A stretch of 63,017 nt of DNA, filler included, from Octopus bimaculoides (lineage: Eukaryota): NCBI RefSeq assembly GCF_001194135.2. It is 7 parts of 6 records of this genome, joined end to end, with 100 filler letters (N's around TTAATTAATTAA, not from the genome) between each part and the next. Parts side by side here need not be neighbours in the genome. Positions count along the whole stretch, not along the records: positions 1 to 5,654 come from NC_068985.1; positions 5,755 to 23,395 come from NC_069005.1; 5 more parts are not named here. The stretch is one strand, 5' to 3'. This document shows, one piece after another, positions 1 to 11,761 of the stretch. The number at the start of each line of letters is the position of its first letter. Positions within the stretch are counted from its first letter, which is position 1. Both the position numbers and the translations under genes were made by a program. Below the pieces are notes generated by a model. That model was not told the origin of the DNA and ran no database searches. It was given only the letters and a program-made list of their open reading frames with translations.

Positions 1-57
1 CATAAACACACCAGCATCGGTTGTCAAGCGATGTTGGGGGGACACACATACAAACAT

Positions 58-103
<46 letters not shown>

Positions 104-254
104 GACGGGCTTCTTTCAGTTTCCGTCTACCAAATCCACTCACAAGGCTTTGGTCGGCCCGAGGCTATAGTAGAAGACACTTGCCCAAGGTGCCACGCAG
201 TGGGACTGAACCCGGGACCATGTGGTTGGTAAGCAAGCTACTTACCACACAGCC
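1..254 (-). mobile_element. tRNA-type SINE family A, 5' half (head near 254, internal (TA)n/(CA)n)
   Basis: Reverse complement reads TGGCTGTGTGGTAAG...GGTTCAGTCCCACTGCGTGGCACCTTGGGCAAGTGTCTTCTACTATAGCC (A/B-box-like head). Matches the full-length copies at 6356-6780 and 19495-19877. Confidence 0.85.
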
Positions 255-329
255 AGGGATCAGCAAGCATTTGCTTCATTAGTAATTGTTGATTTATTAA
301 TAAATTAATAAATTGATAAATCTTTACCC

Positions 330-841
330 TTTTAATTTATATATATATATATATGTATATACATATATATATATATTCGTCAGTTACTTTTGCCGATTAT
401 TAATAATGAAAAAATATATATACATATGTTTTTGAGTACTATTTTCCTGCTTGCATCACCAAACACACTCACTCTCTCATTCACTCAACTCACACGAATA
501 CTCACACACACACAAACATACAAATATACACACAACATTCATACACACATACACATGTATTTGCGTAGGTATATATTTATCTAGATGCGTATATATGTAT
601 GTATGTATATATAAATATGTAAGTGCCAACATGTATGTATGTATGTATGTATAGGAAGGGTTCAGTCGACTAGCTCTTTCCATAAAAAAATCTAACCTTT
701 TGCTAATACGTATACGTATTATACAACCATATATATGTATGTTCGTGAGTGTATGTTTTGTTTTTAATCTTGTATAGGTGTATGTGCGTGTGTTTGTGTA
801 TGCATAAGTGCACACACACACACACACATACACACACACAA

Positions 842-873
<32 letters not shown>

Positions 874-1060
874 ACACGCACACACACACGAGGGAACAAA
901 AGTCTTCTGGATGATGAAAGATTGCATTATATACATGTCCTCTCATCCACCCTCACCCCTCCGCTTTGTCACCTCTCTCTGTGTCTATCTCGCCCAGTCA
1001 CTCTATTCCCCTCTCTGTCCTCTCTCCCTCTCCCTCTCCCTCCCCCCTCACTTTTTCTCT

Positions 1061-1112
<52 letters not shown>
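330..1112. repeat. Compound (TA)n/(CA)n/(TATG)n/(CT)n microsatellite tract ending at a gap
   Basis: Direct inspection. Confidence 0.9.
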
Positions 1113-1774
1113 NNNNNNNNNNNNNNNNNNNNNNNNNNNNNNNNNNNNNNNNNNNNNNNNNNNNNNNNNNNNNNNNNNNNNNNNNNNNNNNNNNNNNNNN
1201 NNNNNNNNNNNNNNNNNNNNNNNNNNNNNNNNNNNNNNNNNNNNNNNNNNNNNNNNNNNNNNNNNNNNNNNNNNNNNNNNNNNNNNNNNNNNNNNNNNNN
1301 NNNNNNNNNNNNNNNNNNNNNNNNNNNNNNNNNNNNNNNNNNNNNNNNNNNNNNNNNNNNNNNNNNNNNNNNNNNNNNNNNNNNNNNNNNNNNNNNNNNN
1401 NNNNNNNNNNNNNNNNNNNNNNNNNNNNNNNNNNNNNNNNNNNNNNNNNNNNNNNNNNNNNNNNNNNNNNNNNNNNNNNNNNNNNNNNNNNNNNNNNNNN
1501 NNNNNNNNNNNNNNNNNNNNNNNNNNNNNNNNNNNNNNNNNNNNNNNNNNNNNNNNNNNNNNNNNNNNNNNNNNNNNNNNNNNNNNNNNNNNNNNNNNNN
1601 NNNNNNNNNNTTTTTTTTTTTTTTTTTTTTTTTTTTGGTAGGGTTTCTTTTTTTTTTTTCTTCCTTTTCCTGTCAGACAACAGACATACCTCAACTCTTG
1701 TTTCCAAGACATAATATTTAACTCGAAAAACAACGTAACACGATAAAACGTTATTTAAAATTTATTAGCTTATA

Positions 1775-1976
1775 CGAAGGGTGCTGAAAACTTCCTGGCT
1801 TCAAGGGTGTCGCGAGAGGCCTGGTTGGCGGCCCAATATTCCGAGTTCTTTTACAGTGCTTAGAAACACTGAAGGACCGCTACAATACATGTGTGGATCT
1901 GAGAGGGGAATATGTTAAATAAAATCATAACTAACTAATCCACCTGTGTTTTCTTTTATCCAAAGCCAGGAACTTC
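1775..1976 (+). mobile_element. Mariner-derived MITE (internally deleted)
   Basis: TA then CGAAGGGTGCTGAAAACTTCCTGGCT; partial right TIR AAAGCCAGGAACTTC. The interior encodes a mariner C-terminal remnant (LKDRYNTCVDLRGEYVK*). Second copy at 30228-30391. Confidence 0.75.
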
Positions 1977-2217
1977 TCTAACCACTGAGCCATGCGCCTT
2001 CACTGGGGTCAATTATAAGTAAGTAATTCCTCCTTCCAACATCAAATTTATGGCTTTGTGCTAATGCTGAAAAGAATTATTTTCTTGTTTACTTCTAATT
2101 GCATTTCGTGTTATATGAGAACACAAATACGCCTTCTTTGTCGCTTATCTCCCTTCTCTCTTGTCTCTCAATATACTCAGTCTATGTATTCGTCAACATC
2201 ATCTGAGATTTTATCTC

Positions 2218-2250
2218 CCTCTGACGAAAGGTTCTGTCTCAAACGTTAGA
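2218..2250 (+). ncRNA. Decayed minimal hammerhead-like motif
   Basis: CTGACGA-A-AGGTTCTGTCTC-AAACGTT-AGA: same layout as 3372-3406, but the G of GAAA is missing and stem II is weak. Confidence 0.3.
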
Positions 2251-3060
2251 CTTCGTTTCTTCCACACAGCACAAAACATATTCCATAGTTTGAATATTTT
2301 AAAAATTCTATTTGTCGACATAAAACATTAGTACTTTCATCGGATTCTACCGTTTTACTACTTAGGTACGCGCGCGCGTATGTGAACGTGTGAATGCGTA
2401 TATATATATATATATATATATATNNNNNNNNNNNNNNNNNNNNNNNNNNNNNNNNNNNNNNNNNNNNNNNNNNNNNNNNNNNNNNNNNNNNNNNNNNNNN
2501 NNNNNNNNNNNNNNNNNNNNNNNNNNNNNNNNNNNNNNNNNNNNNNNNNNNNNNNNNNNNNNNNNNNNNNNNNNNNNNNNNNNNNNNNNNNNNNNNNNNN
2601 NNNNNNNNNNNNNNNNNNNNNNNNNNNNNNNNNNNNNNNNNNNNNNNNNNNNNNNNNNNNNNNNNNNNNNNNNNNNNNNNNNNNNNNNNNNNNNNNNNNN
2701 NNNNNNNNNNNNNNNNNNNNNNNNNNNNNNNNNNNNNNNNNNNNNNNNNNNNNNNNNNNNNNNNNNNNNNNNNNNNNNNNNNNNNNNNNNNNNNNNNNNN
2801 NNNNNNNNNNNNNNNNNNNNNNNNNNNNNNNNNNNNNNNNNNNNNNNNNNNNNNNNNNNNNNNNNNNNNNNNNNNNNNNNNNNNNNNNNNNNNNNNNNNN
2901 NNNNNNNNNNNNNNNNNNNNNNNNNNNNNNNNNNNNNNNNNNNNNNNNNNNNNNNNNNNNNNNNNNNNNNNNNNNNNNNNNNNNNNNNNNNNNNNNNNNN
3001 NNNNNNNNNNNNNNNNNNNNNNNNNNNNNNNNNNNNNNNNNNNNNNNNNNNNNNNNNNNN

Positions 3061-3229
3061 NATTTGGCTGCGGCCATTCTGGTGCACCGCCTTTTAATCG
3101 AACAAACCGACCCCAGGACTTATTCTTTGTAAGTCAAGTACTTATTCTATCGGTCTCTTTTGCCGAACCACTAAGTTACGGGGACGTAAACTCACCAACA
3201 TCGGTTGTCAAGCTATGGTGGGAGGACAA

Positions 3230-3230
<1 letters not shown>
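3061..3230 (-). mobile_element. SINE family A, 3' half
   Basis: GACCCCAGGACTTATTCTTTGTAAG...GCCGAACCACTAAGTTACGGGGACGTAAAC matches other family A copies. Confidence 0.8.
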
Positions 3231-3291
<61 letters not shown>

Positions 3292-3371
3292 TTTTTTTTT
3301 TCAAACTGTAACCACATGTGAATCGTTGGCGACTTTTTCCTCCGTCTTCCTTTTCTACTGGACTTTCCTCT

Positions 3372-3406
3372 GTTTCTGAAGAAGAGCTTTGCTCGAAACG
3401 TTAAAC
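3372..3406 (+). ncRNA. Minimal type I hammerhead ribozyme motif (Penelope/retrozyme type)
   Basis: GTTT-CTGAAGA-A-GAGC-TTT-GCTC-GAAA-CG-TT-AAAC: CUGANGA and GAAA core boxes, perfect 4-bp stem II, palindromic ACGT stem III, and stem I GTTT/AAAC. Confidence 0.6.
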
Positions 3407-3553
3407 CACTTTTCTTTCCTTGCCTGAGCGTATGCTAATACTTTACATGTACCACGTATTCGCGTTGTTTTCTTTTTTGTGTTTGCTCTTTGCAATCAAT
3501 TTTGAATTCAAATTTAATGGCAAAGAATCCAAACTCGATCGAAAACATCTATC

Positions 3554-3620
<67 letters not shown>

Positions 3621-3902
3621 AGTAAATCCCCCACACTGAGTGAATTTGGCAAGCGGAAATGTGTGGGAGCCTGTCGTATACACGTGTATGTGTGNNNNNN
3701 NNNNNNNNNNNNNNNNNNNNNNNNNNNNNNNNNNNNNNNNNNNNNNNNNNNNNNNNNNNNNNNNNNNNNNNNNNNNNNNNNNNNNNNNNNNNNNNNNNNN
3801 NNNNNNNNNNNNNNNNNNNNNNNNNNNNNNNNNNNNNNNNNNNNNNNNNNNNNNNNNNNNNNNNNNNNNNNNNNNNNNNNNNNNNNNNNNNNNNNNNNNN
3901 NN

Positions 3903-3940
<38 letters not shown>

Positions 3941-4475
3941 TAAGTGTGTCTAAGTGTGTCTTTGTAACTCTGTTCCTCCCACTTCACTACCGTTTGACAA
4001 CGGTTGTTGGTTTGTCTACCTCCTCATAAGCTAGCAGCTCGGCAAAAGAGAACGATAAAATAAGTACCAGTCATTAATAATAAGTAGTGGAGTCTATTTT
4101 GTCTGAACACACTCTTCAACGCAGTGCCCAAACATGGCAGCAATCCTGTGACTGAAGCAAAGATAAAAGATATACAATGATCCATCGCCACATCGCGTTT
4201 CACCTATCGCGGTTTATTATTTAAGCTTGCGTCGATTCCTCCATGGTGTCGTTTTGCATTTATAATAAAATAAATATATACAAATTATGAAAACAACAGC
4301 AAAAAGCATATACAGTACAGTTTCTACTTCGCGGATTTTCACCTATCACGAGTGTTTTTGGAACGTAACATCCGCGATAGTCGAGGGATTACTCTACATA
4401 CATACACTCACAGATACATATTGTTATTACTGTCATCTATCTATTTTTCTATCTATCAATCTGTCTGCCTGCCTG

Positions 4476-4540
<65 letters not shown>

Positions 4541-4959
4541 GTCTGTCTGTACGCCCGTCTATCTAAGCACATACATTTTCCACTCTCTTTCACAAAGTTA
4601 CCCGACTTTCTGTGTCTCCGGCTTCCTCTCAGTCGCTCCCCTGCATTCTTTTGCTCCACATTCCTACATCTCAACCTTCTCGACTTTTCAAATATTCCCT
4701 TCAATAATGAACTCTCGCTCAGCCCCTACCCAACTCAACTCAACTCAACTCAACATAACACCAACCTCCACCGAAGCTACCACCTCTCTTCACTCCGCTA
4801 TCCAATTCCATCTAAACTCTATAGAAAATTCTTACTTATATTTATTCCTATACATATTTCTATCCTGTTGAATGTAAAATGTCTCTCTCTTCACATTTTG
4901 ATGTCCAATGGGAGATATTTATGGCTGAGGTGTATGGCTATGAGCTAATTCGCATACAT

Positions 4960-5178
4960 ATGTGCATGCGCATTCACGCTCACGCATAAACATAAACCTA
5001 CGCGCATCCACACGTTTATAAACGAGAATGTGTGTACACATTGAAACATATACACGTTTGCGAATGTATATTATATGCACGCGCGCACACGCATACACAC
5101 ATCTATGTATATATCAGTAGGTATACATGTATATATATGCATATATATATACATACATATATATGCATATATATATAA

Positions 5179-5223
<45 letters not shown>

Positions 5224-5406
5224 TAAGTATTTATATACATATATACGCATATGTATATGTGTGTGTGTATGTGTGCGTGTATGTTATATATATATATATA
5301 TATATATATGTGAATGTTTATGACTGTGGGTGTGTGCATGCATGTGTCTGTGTGAGTGTGATTGTGTATAATATTTCTGTACGCATACAGATATTATAAA
5401 TATATG

Positions 5407-5452
<46 letters not shown>

Positions 5453-5788
5453 TGTGTGTATGTGTGTGTGTGTATGTATATACCTATGGGGGAGTGCGAG
5501 CATTCACATACACACACATACACACACACACACATACACACACACACACATACACACACATATATATAATGTATATATGTATGTATGTATGTATATACAT
5601 ATTATATACACGTGTGTATGTATGGTTTAATTATGTCTGTGTGGAAAATTGTATNNNNNNNNNNNNNNNNNNNNNNNNNNNNNNNNNNNNNNNNNNNNTT
5701 AATTAATTAANNNNNNNNNNNNNNNNNNNNNNNNNNNNNNNNNNNNNNNNNNNNGCTCGTCTGTGTTTTTTCAGAATACCGATCGGAG

Positions 5789-5833
<45 letters not shown>

Positions 5834-6350
5834 TCGTCTGCATACACACATACATACGCACACACGCACACACACTTACACTCGTCTGTACATAAATACA
5901 AACACACAAACGTGCGCACATACACACTCTCACGAACACACACATACACAAAAAAGCACCTTCATCTACATACACCCACACAAACACTCTCAAATGCGTA
6001 TACATATACACACACACTCACGTACACGCAGACACAGAGACATACTTTTATCTGCACGCACACACGCACAAACGCGTGCACATGCACACACACACACACA
6101 CACACGTACACGCACACACAGAGAAACATACCTTCGTCTGCACACGCGTGCGCACACACAAACATACACGCACACATACACAGACATACGTCCGACTGTA
6201 AACACACAATGTGTGCACACACACACACACACACAAACATAAACACATACACAAAACACAGCCTGCCTATACACACATACACACACGCACACACACGTGC
6301 ACACACAAACATACACGCATTCACATACACACATACATTCACATACACAT
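4960..6350. repeat. Long (TA)n/(TG)n/(CA)n degenerate microsatellite region spanning a scaffold join
   Basis: Direct inspection; source of many His/Thr and Val/Cys pseudo-ORFs. Confidence 0.9.
5699..5710. other. Synthetic scaffold-join marker TTAATTAATTAA between N-runs (also 23440-23451, 33278-33289, 38925-38936, 44111-44122, 59918-59929)
   Basis: Identical 12-mer, always centred between N-runs of about 44 bases; palindromic, with stops in all six frames. Confidence 0.9.
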
Positions 6351-6355
6351 ACACC

Positions 6356-6576
6356 CTTTTACTTGTTTCAGTCATTTGACTGCGGCCATGCTGGAGCACC
6401 GCCTTCTAGTCGAGCAAATCGACCCAAGAACTTATTTTTTGTAAGCCTAGTACTTATTTATCGGTCTCTTTTGCCGAACCGCTAAGTTACGGGGACGTAA
6501 ACACACCAACATCGGTTGTCAAACGATGTGGTGGGGGACAAACACAGACACACAAACATATACACACACATACATT

Positions 6577-6608
<32 letters not shown>

Positions 6609-6780
6609 CATATATATGATGGGCTTCTTTTAGTTTCCGTCTACCAAATCCACTCACAAGGCTTTGGTCGGCCTGAGGCTATAGTAGAAGACACTTGCTC
6701 AAGGTGCCACGCTGTGGGACTGAACCCGGAACCATGTGGTTCGTAAGCAAGCTACTTACCACACAGCCACTCCTTCGCCT
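6356..6780 (-). mobile_element. SINE family A, full length
   Basis: Runs from the head (AGGCGAAGGAGTGGCTGTGTGGTAAG) through an internal (TA)n to the tail GACTGAAACAAGTAAAAG. Confidence 0.9.
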
Positions 6781-6816
6781 ACAAGCACTCATTCATCTAT
6801 ACACATACAAGCACAT

Positions 6817-7048
6817 ACACGCACACAAATAGGTACACCTATACACACACTTACGGGACACACACACATATACACACACATACAAAGCCTCAGACTTGCT
6901 TGCTCTTGTATGATTATAGTTTTTGCTGTTCTTGTTTAGCCCCAGGTCTGATCTGCTTGCCTTGACTACTGATCAAAAGTTTTCCAACTATGATTGTCCT
7001 GTTTGCTTTTATTTATTTTTTTTTTTGAAATTAAGGATAATGTAGAAT
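6817..7048 (+). repeat. Direct duplication, copy 1 (copy 2 at about 11222-11452)
   Basis: ACACGCACACAAATAGGTACACC...AATTAAGGATAATGTAGAATT occurs at both sites. Confidence 0.85.
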
Positions 7049-7171
7049 TGTGTGTAGTGCGTGTGGGGGGTGGCTAGGTTTCATTAACATAAAGCGATTG
7101 ACATTTATTGTTGATAAAATCTAAAATCTATCCCCGTAGTCTGTATCAGTAATATTTACAGTATTAAAAGT

Positions 7172-7548
7172 AACGAGCTGGTAGAATCGTTAGCACACTG
7201 GGTAAGATGCTTAGCCGCATTTCTTCCAGTACTCTGTGTTCTGTGTTCAAATTCTGCCAAGGTCGACTTTGCTTTTCATCTGTTTGGAGGTCAATAAAAT
7301 AAGTACCAGTTGAACACTGGGGTTGATGTAATCAACTTACCCTCTCCCCCTGACTTGCTGGTCTGGTGCCAAAATTTGAAACCATTATTACTAGTCAGTT
7401 TTGAGTTCAAATTCCACTGAGGTCGACTTTGCCTTTCATCCTTTCAGGGTCGATAAAATAAGAACCAGTTGGTTGCTGGGGTCGATGTAATCAACTTAAT
7501 CCCTCCTCTAGGATTACTGGCCGTGTGCCAAAAAAATTTGAAATCAAT
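7172..7548 (+). mobile_element. SINE family C, two adjacent copies (one near full length, one partial)
   Basis: Head ACGAGCTGGTAGAATCGTTAGCAC; core GGTCGACTTTGCCTTTCATCCTTTCAGGGTCGATAAAATAAG; tail GTGCCAAAATTTGAAACC. Repeated at 32342-32560 and, reversed, at several other sites. Confidence 0.8.
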
Positions 7549-7559
7549 GTTTACAGCAT

Positions 7560-7739
7560 CATATACATCATCGTTCATTTAACGTCCGCTTTCCATGCTA
7601 GCATGGGTTGGACGATTTGACTGAGGACTGGTGAACCAGATGGCTACACCAGGTCCCAATCTGATTTGGCAGAGTTTCTACAGCTGGATGCCCTTCCTAA
7701 TGCCAACCACTCCGAGAGTGTAGTGGGTGCTTTTACGTG
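7560..7739 (-). mobile_element. RTE-LINE 3' tail / RTE-tailed short element (family D)
   Basis: Reverse complement of GTTGGCATTAGGAAGGGCATCCAGCTGTAGAAAC...GGAAAGCGGACGTTAAA plus a (GAT)n tail; many copies in the window. Confidence 0.75.
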
Positions 7740-7903
7740 AAATAATATATTGTGATTGCTTGAGATTCACAGATGCTTGCCGTGTCCTTGAGATTCTTCG
7801 TTGTTTGTGGCATTTCTGATTTTCTCTCTATGACCTTTCAGATGAGTATTCAGTCCCATTGTAGATCTGCATGCTTTGAAGCATAGGCAACAGGCGAAAG
7901 TGG

Positions 7904-8274
7904 AGGCGCAATGGCCCAGTGGTTAGGGCAGCGGTCATAGGATCGTGGTTTCGATTCCCAGACCGGGCGTTGTGAGTGTTTATTGAGCGAAAACAGCTAA
8001 AGTTCCACGAGGCTCCGGCAGGGGATGGTGGCGAACCCTGCTCTACTCTTTCACCACAACTTTCTCTCACTCTTACTTCCTGTTTCTGTTGTGCCTGTAA
8101 TTCAAAGGGTCAGCCTTGTCACACTGTGTCACGCTGAATCTCCCCGAGAACTACGTTAAGGGTACATGTGTCTGTGGAGTGGTCAGCCACTTGCACGTTA
8201 ATTTCACAAGCAGGCTGTTCCGTTGATCGGATCAACTGGAACCCTCGTCGTCATAAGTGACGGAGTGCCAACAA
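7904..8274 (+). mobile_element. tRNA-type SINE family B, full length, with 16-bp TSD
   Basis: A-box TGGCCCAGTGGTTAGG, B-box GGTTTCGATTCCC and (CAA)n tail. TSD CAACAGGCGAAAGTGG at 7888-7903 and 8275-8290. Confidence 0.92.
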
Positions 8275-8714
8275 CAACAGGCGAAAGTGGTAACTTACTA
8301 TGTACTTCCAACTAGTTAGGTCTGCACATGTTGCCACTCTTTCATTGCCATAGGACATTCAGTAATTGGAATGAAAAATGAGGTCACCATAAAGACACAG
8401 TTCTATGTTATTGGATTATGGTGAATAAAATGCTTGTACAACATGAATACCACTCTCGGAATCTCCATGATTAGTAAGTACCTGGTGACAGGCCAAAATG
8501 AGATGACCAGTATTCATGTGAAATTCTAGGCTTTTCATCAGTGTCTTTCTCTCAGAAGGATGCTGTGACAACAGCTAGGGGTCCCTCACTCCTGGTGGTT
8601 TTACTGTGTGCCCTGACACCAACCAAAGGTGTTTCTGTGTCCTTGCACTCAGATGAAATATCGTCACATATTCTAGTTAACCCATGACACTGATAAATAA
8701 TATATATATAAACT

Positions 8715-9080
8715 CAGCTGGTAAAAATGAGTAGTACCTGTATTTCAAAGGGTTGTCACATTCTGTGTCGTGCTGAATTTCCCTGAGAACTATGTTAAGG
8801 GTACACGTGTCTGTGGAGTGCTCAGCCACTTGCATGTTAATTTTACGAACAGGCTGTTCCGTTGACTAGATCAGTTGGAGCATTCATTGGTGCAACTGAA
8901 GGAGTGCCAGTTAAAGCACCCAGCTCACTCTGTAAAATGGTTGGCGTTAGGAAGGGCATCCAGCTGTAGAAAACCATGCCAAAACAGATGACTGGAGTCT
9001 GGACAGTTCTCAAGCTGGCCAACTCCTGTCAAACTGTCCAACCCATGCCAGCATTGAAAATGGATATTAAACGATGATGA
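8715..9080 (+). mobile_element. SINE B 3' fragment followed by a family D (RTE tail) copy
   Basis: CCCTGAGAACTATGTTAAGGGTACACGTGTCTGTGGAG...GGAGTGCCA, then GGTTGGCGTTAGGAAGGGCATCCAGCTG...TTAAACGATGATGA. Confidence 0.75.
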
Positions 9081-9104
9081 TATATATGTATATATATTAC
9101 TACG

Positions 9105-9272
9105 CTCTCTGAGTGGTTGGCGTTAGGAAGGGCATCCAGCTGTAGAAACTCTGCCAAATTAGATTGGAGCCTGGTGTTGCCATCCGGTTTCACCAGTCCT
9201 CAGTCAAATCGTCCAACCCATGCTAGCATGGAAAGCGGACGTTAAACGATGATGATGATGATGATGATGATG
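9105..9272 (+). mobile_element. Family D (RTE tail) copy with (GAT)n tail
   Basis: Identical by eye to 59999-60166; inverted relative to 7560-7739. Confidence 0.85.
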
Positions 9273-9580
9273 ATTCTGACTGCCCACCTTCTTTCGTATT
9301 CTAACTCCTCGTCCCCTAGCTTAAAGGAACTCCTACCTTCCCCAGAGCTCAGTGTCATAGTCTTCAAGCTGCATGATGATCTCAGTAGTGCAGGTGGCAT
9401 GAAGTAAGCACCCAGTCCATTGCTGTAAAGTGGTTGGCATTAGAAAGGGCATCCAGCTTTAGGAACCATGCCAAAGCAGATTCTGGAGCACAATGCAGTC
9501 TTTGGACCCATCAGATCCCGTCAGACCAGACAACTCACACCAGCATGGAGCACACATGTTAAATGATGTTAAATATATAT

Positions 9581-9795
9581 CGTTGCTATTATGTTAAAGT
9601 GTCGTATGTCCAAATCTGGCCAAATGCATTTTTTAAAAATATTTATTTTTGCTTGCAATAGCCAGTTCTTTTGGTCAAGCTATCTCCAGCTGCTAAGATA
9701 TCAAAAATTGGTCAAAGTGTAGTACAACGGTTTTTTTTTTCATTCTCTGAACAAGCAAAGTTCTGTACTTACAAGAGTTTTGCATAATAGCAACG
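9581..9795. mobile_element. MITE with 13-bp TIRs embedded in (TA)n
   Basis: CGTTGCTATTATG (9581-9593) and CATAATAGCAACG (9783-9795) are exact inverted repeats, each abutting a TA run. Confidence 0.65.
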
Positions 9796-9948
9796 ATATA
9801 TATATATATATATATTTACAGTGTGCGAGAGAAATCTGTTCTGGAGTCTTGTTTGTTAACTTAATTGTTCGTCACATGAATAATTAAAATGCATATAAAT
9901 AAAAATAGTCCATTCCAAGTCACACCCAAATTCCACATAAAAGCATGA

Positions 9949-9986
<38 letters not shown>

Positions 9987-10118
9987 CTGTTGCTAAAAGC
10001 AACAGTAACATCCACCCCTAGGGGTCAGCCACACTTAAGTGGCAATATACTACACTTTATCGTGCAGTTACTGTTAATACTTCATTTAGAGAATTAACAT
10101 TGCTTATATATATATATA
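9987..10118 (+). repeat. (TA)n-flanked ~130-bp element, copy 1 (inverted copy at 15265-15375)
   Basis: About 113 bp shared, with 2 mismatches by eye. Internal palindromes CCCCTAGGGG, CACTTAAGTG and CTGTTGCT-AAA-AGCAACAG. Confidence 0.85.
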
Positions 10119-11479
10119 TATATATATATGATAGGATTGCTTCAATATTTCAGGGGTAGTCTGAAGTATCTAAGCAACCAGGGGATAGTTAAATCCGNNN
10201 NNNNNNNNNNNNNNNNNNNNNNNNNNNNNNNNNNNNNNNNNNNNNNNNNNNNNNNNNNNNNNNNNNNNNNNNNNNNNNNNNNNNNNNNNNNNNNNNNNNN
10301 NNNNNNNNNNNNNNNNNNNNNNNNNNNNNNNNNNNNNNNNNNNNNNNNNNNNNNNNNNNNNNNNNNNNNNNNNNNNNNNNNNNNNNNNNNNNNNNNNNNN
10401 NNNNNNNNNNNNNNNNNNNNNNNNNNNNNNNNNNNNNNNNNNNNNNNNNNNNNNNNNNNNNNNNNNNNNNNNNNNNNNNNNNNNNNNNNNNNNNNNNNNN
10501 NNNNNNNNNNNNNNNNNNNNNNNNNNNNNNNNNNNNNNNNNNNNNNNNNNNNNNNNNNNNNNNNNNNNNNNNNNNNNNNNNNNNNNNNNNNNNNNNNNNN
10601 NNNNNNNNNNNNNNNNNNNNNNNNNNNNNNNNNNNNNNNNNNNNNNNNNNNNNNNNNNNNNNNNNNNNNNNNNNNNNNNNNNNNNNNNNNNNNNNNNNNN
10701 NNNNNNNNNNNNNNNNNNNNNNNNNNNNNNNNNNNNNNNNNNNNNNNNNNNNNNNNNNNNNNNNNNNNNNNNNNNNNNNNNNNNNNNNNNNNNNNNNNNN
10801 NNNNNNNNNNNNNNNNNNNNNNNNNNNNNNNNNNNNNNNNNNNNNNNNNNNNNNNNNNNNNNNNNNNNNNNNNNNNNNNNNNNNNNNNNNNNNNNNNNNN
10901 NNNNNNNNNNNNNNNNNNNNNNNNNNNNCGATGATGATGATGATGATGATATATATATAGGACAGGCTTCTTTCAGTTTCCGTCTACCAAATCCACGCAC
11001 AAGGCTTTGGTCGGCCTGAGGCTATAGTAGAAGACACTTGCCCAAGGTGCCACCCAGTGGGATTGAACCCAGAACCACGCAGCCATGCCTGTACTTATAT
11101 ATATATTATATCATGGCACTCCGTCGCTTACGACGACGAGGGTCCCAGTTGATCCGATCAACGGAACAGCCTGCTCGTGAAATTAACGTGCAAGTGGCTG
11201 AGCACTCCACAGACACGTGTACACGCACACAAATAGGTACACCTATACACACACTTACGGGACACACACACATATACACACACATACAAAGCCTCAGACT
11301 TGCTTGCTCTTGTATGATTATAGTTTTTGCTGTTATTGTTTAACCCCAGGTCTGATCTGCTTGCCGTGACTATTGATCAAAAGTATTCCAGCTATGATTG
11401 TCCCGTTTGCTTTTATTTTTAATTTTTGTTTGTAATTAAGGATAATGTAGAATTATTCTTTTGTACTCTAGGCACCCAG

Positions 11480-11682
11480 GCCCAAAATTTTTGTGGAAGT
11501 GGGGGGGGGGGCAGTCGATTAGATTGAATGCAGTATGCAACTGGTACTTAATTTATCGACCCTGAAAGGATGAAAGGCAAAGTCAACACTTCAGTGGAAT
11601 TTGAGCTCAGAATGTAAAGACAGACAAAATACTGCTAAGCATTTCGCCCTGTGTGTTAATGTTTCTACCAGCTCGCTGCCTT
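11480..11682 (-). mobile_element. SINE family C copy
   Basis: CTGGTACTTAATTTATCGACCCTGAAAGGATGAAAGGCAAAGTC is the reverse complement of the family C core. Confidence 0.75.
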
Positions 11683-11761
11683 GTGTGTGTGTGTGTTATA
11701 TATATATATATATTAACCCGAAATATATTAACCCGAAATTTTAAACCGAACATAACAGATG

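Noticed and set aside
7904-7975. tRNA-like sequences at SINE heads (also near 254, 6780, 19495, 33233)
   Set aside because: They have A/B boxes but no complete cloverleaf and continue into repeated SINE bodies.
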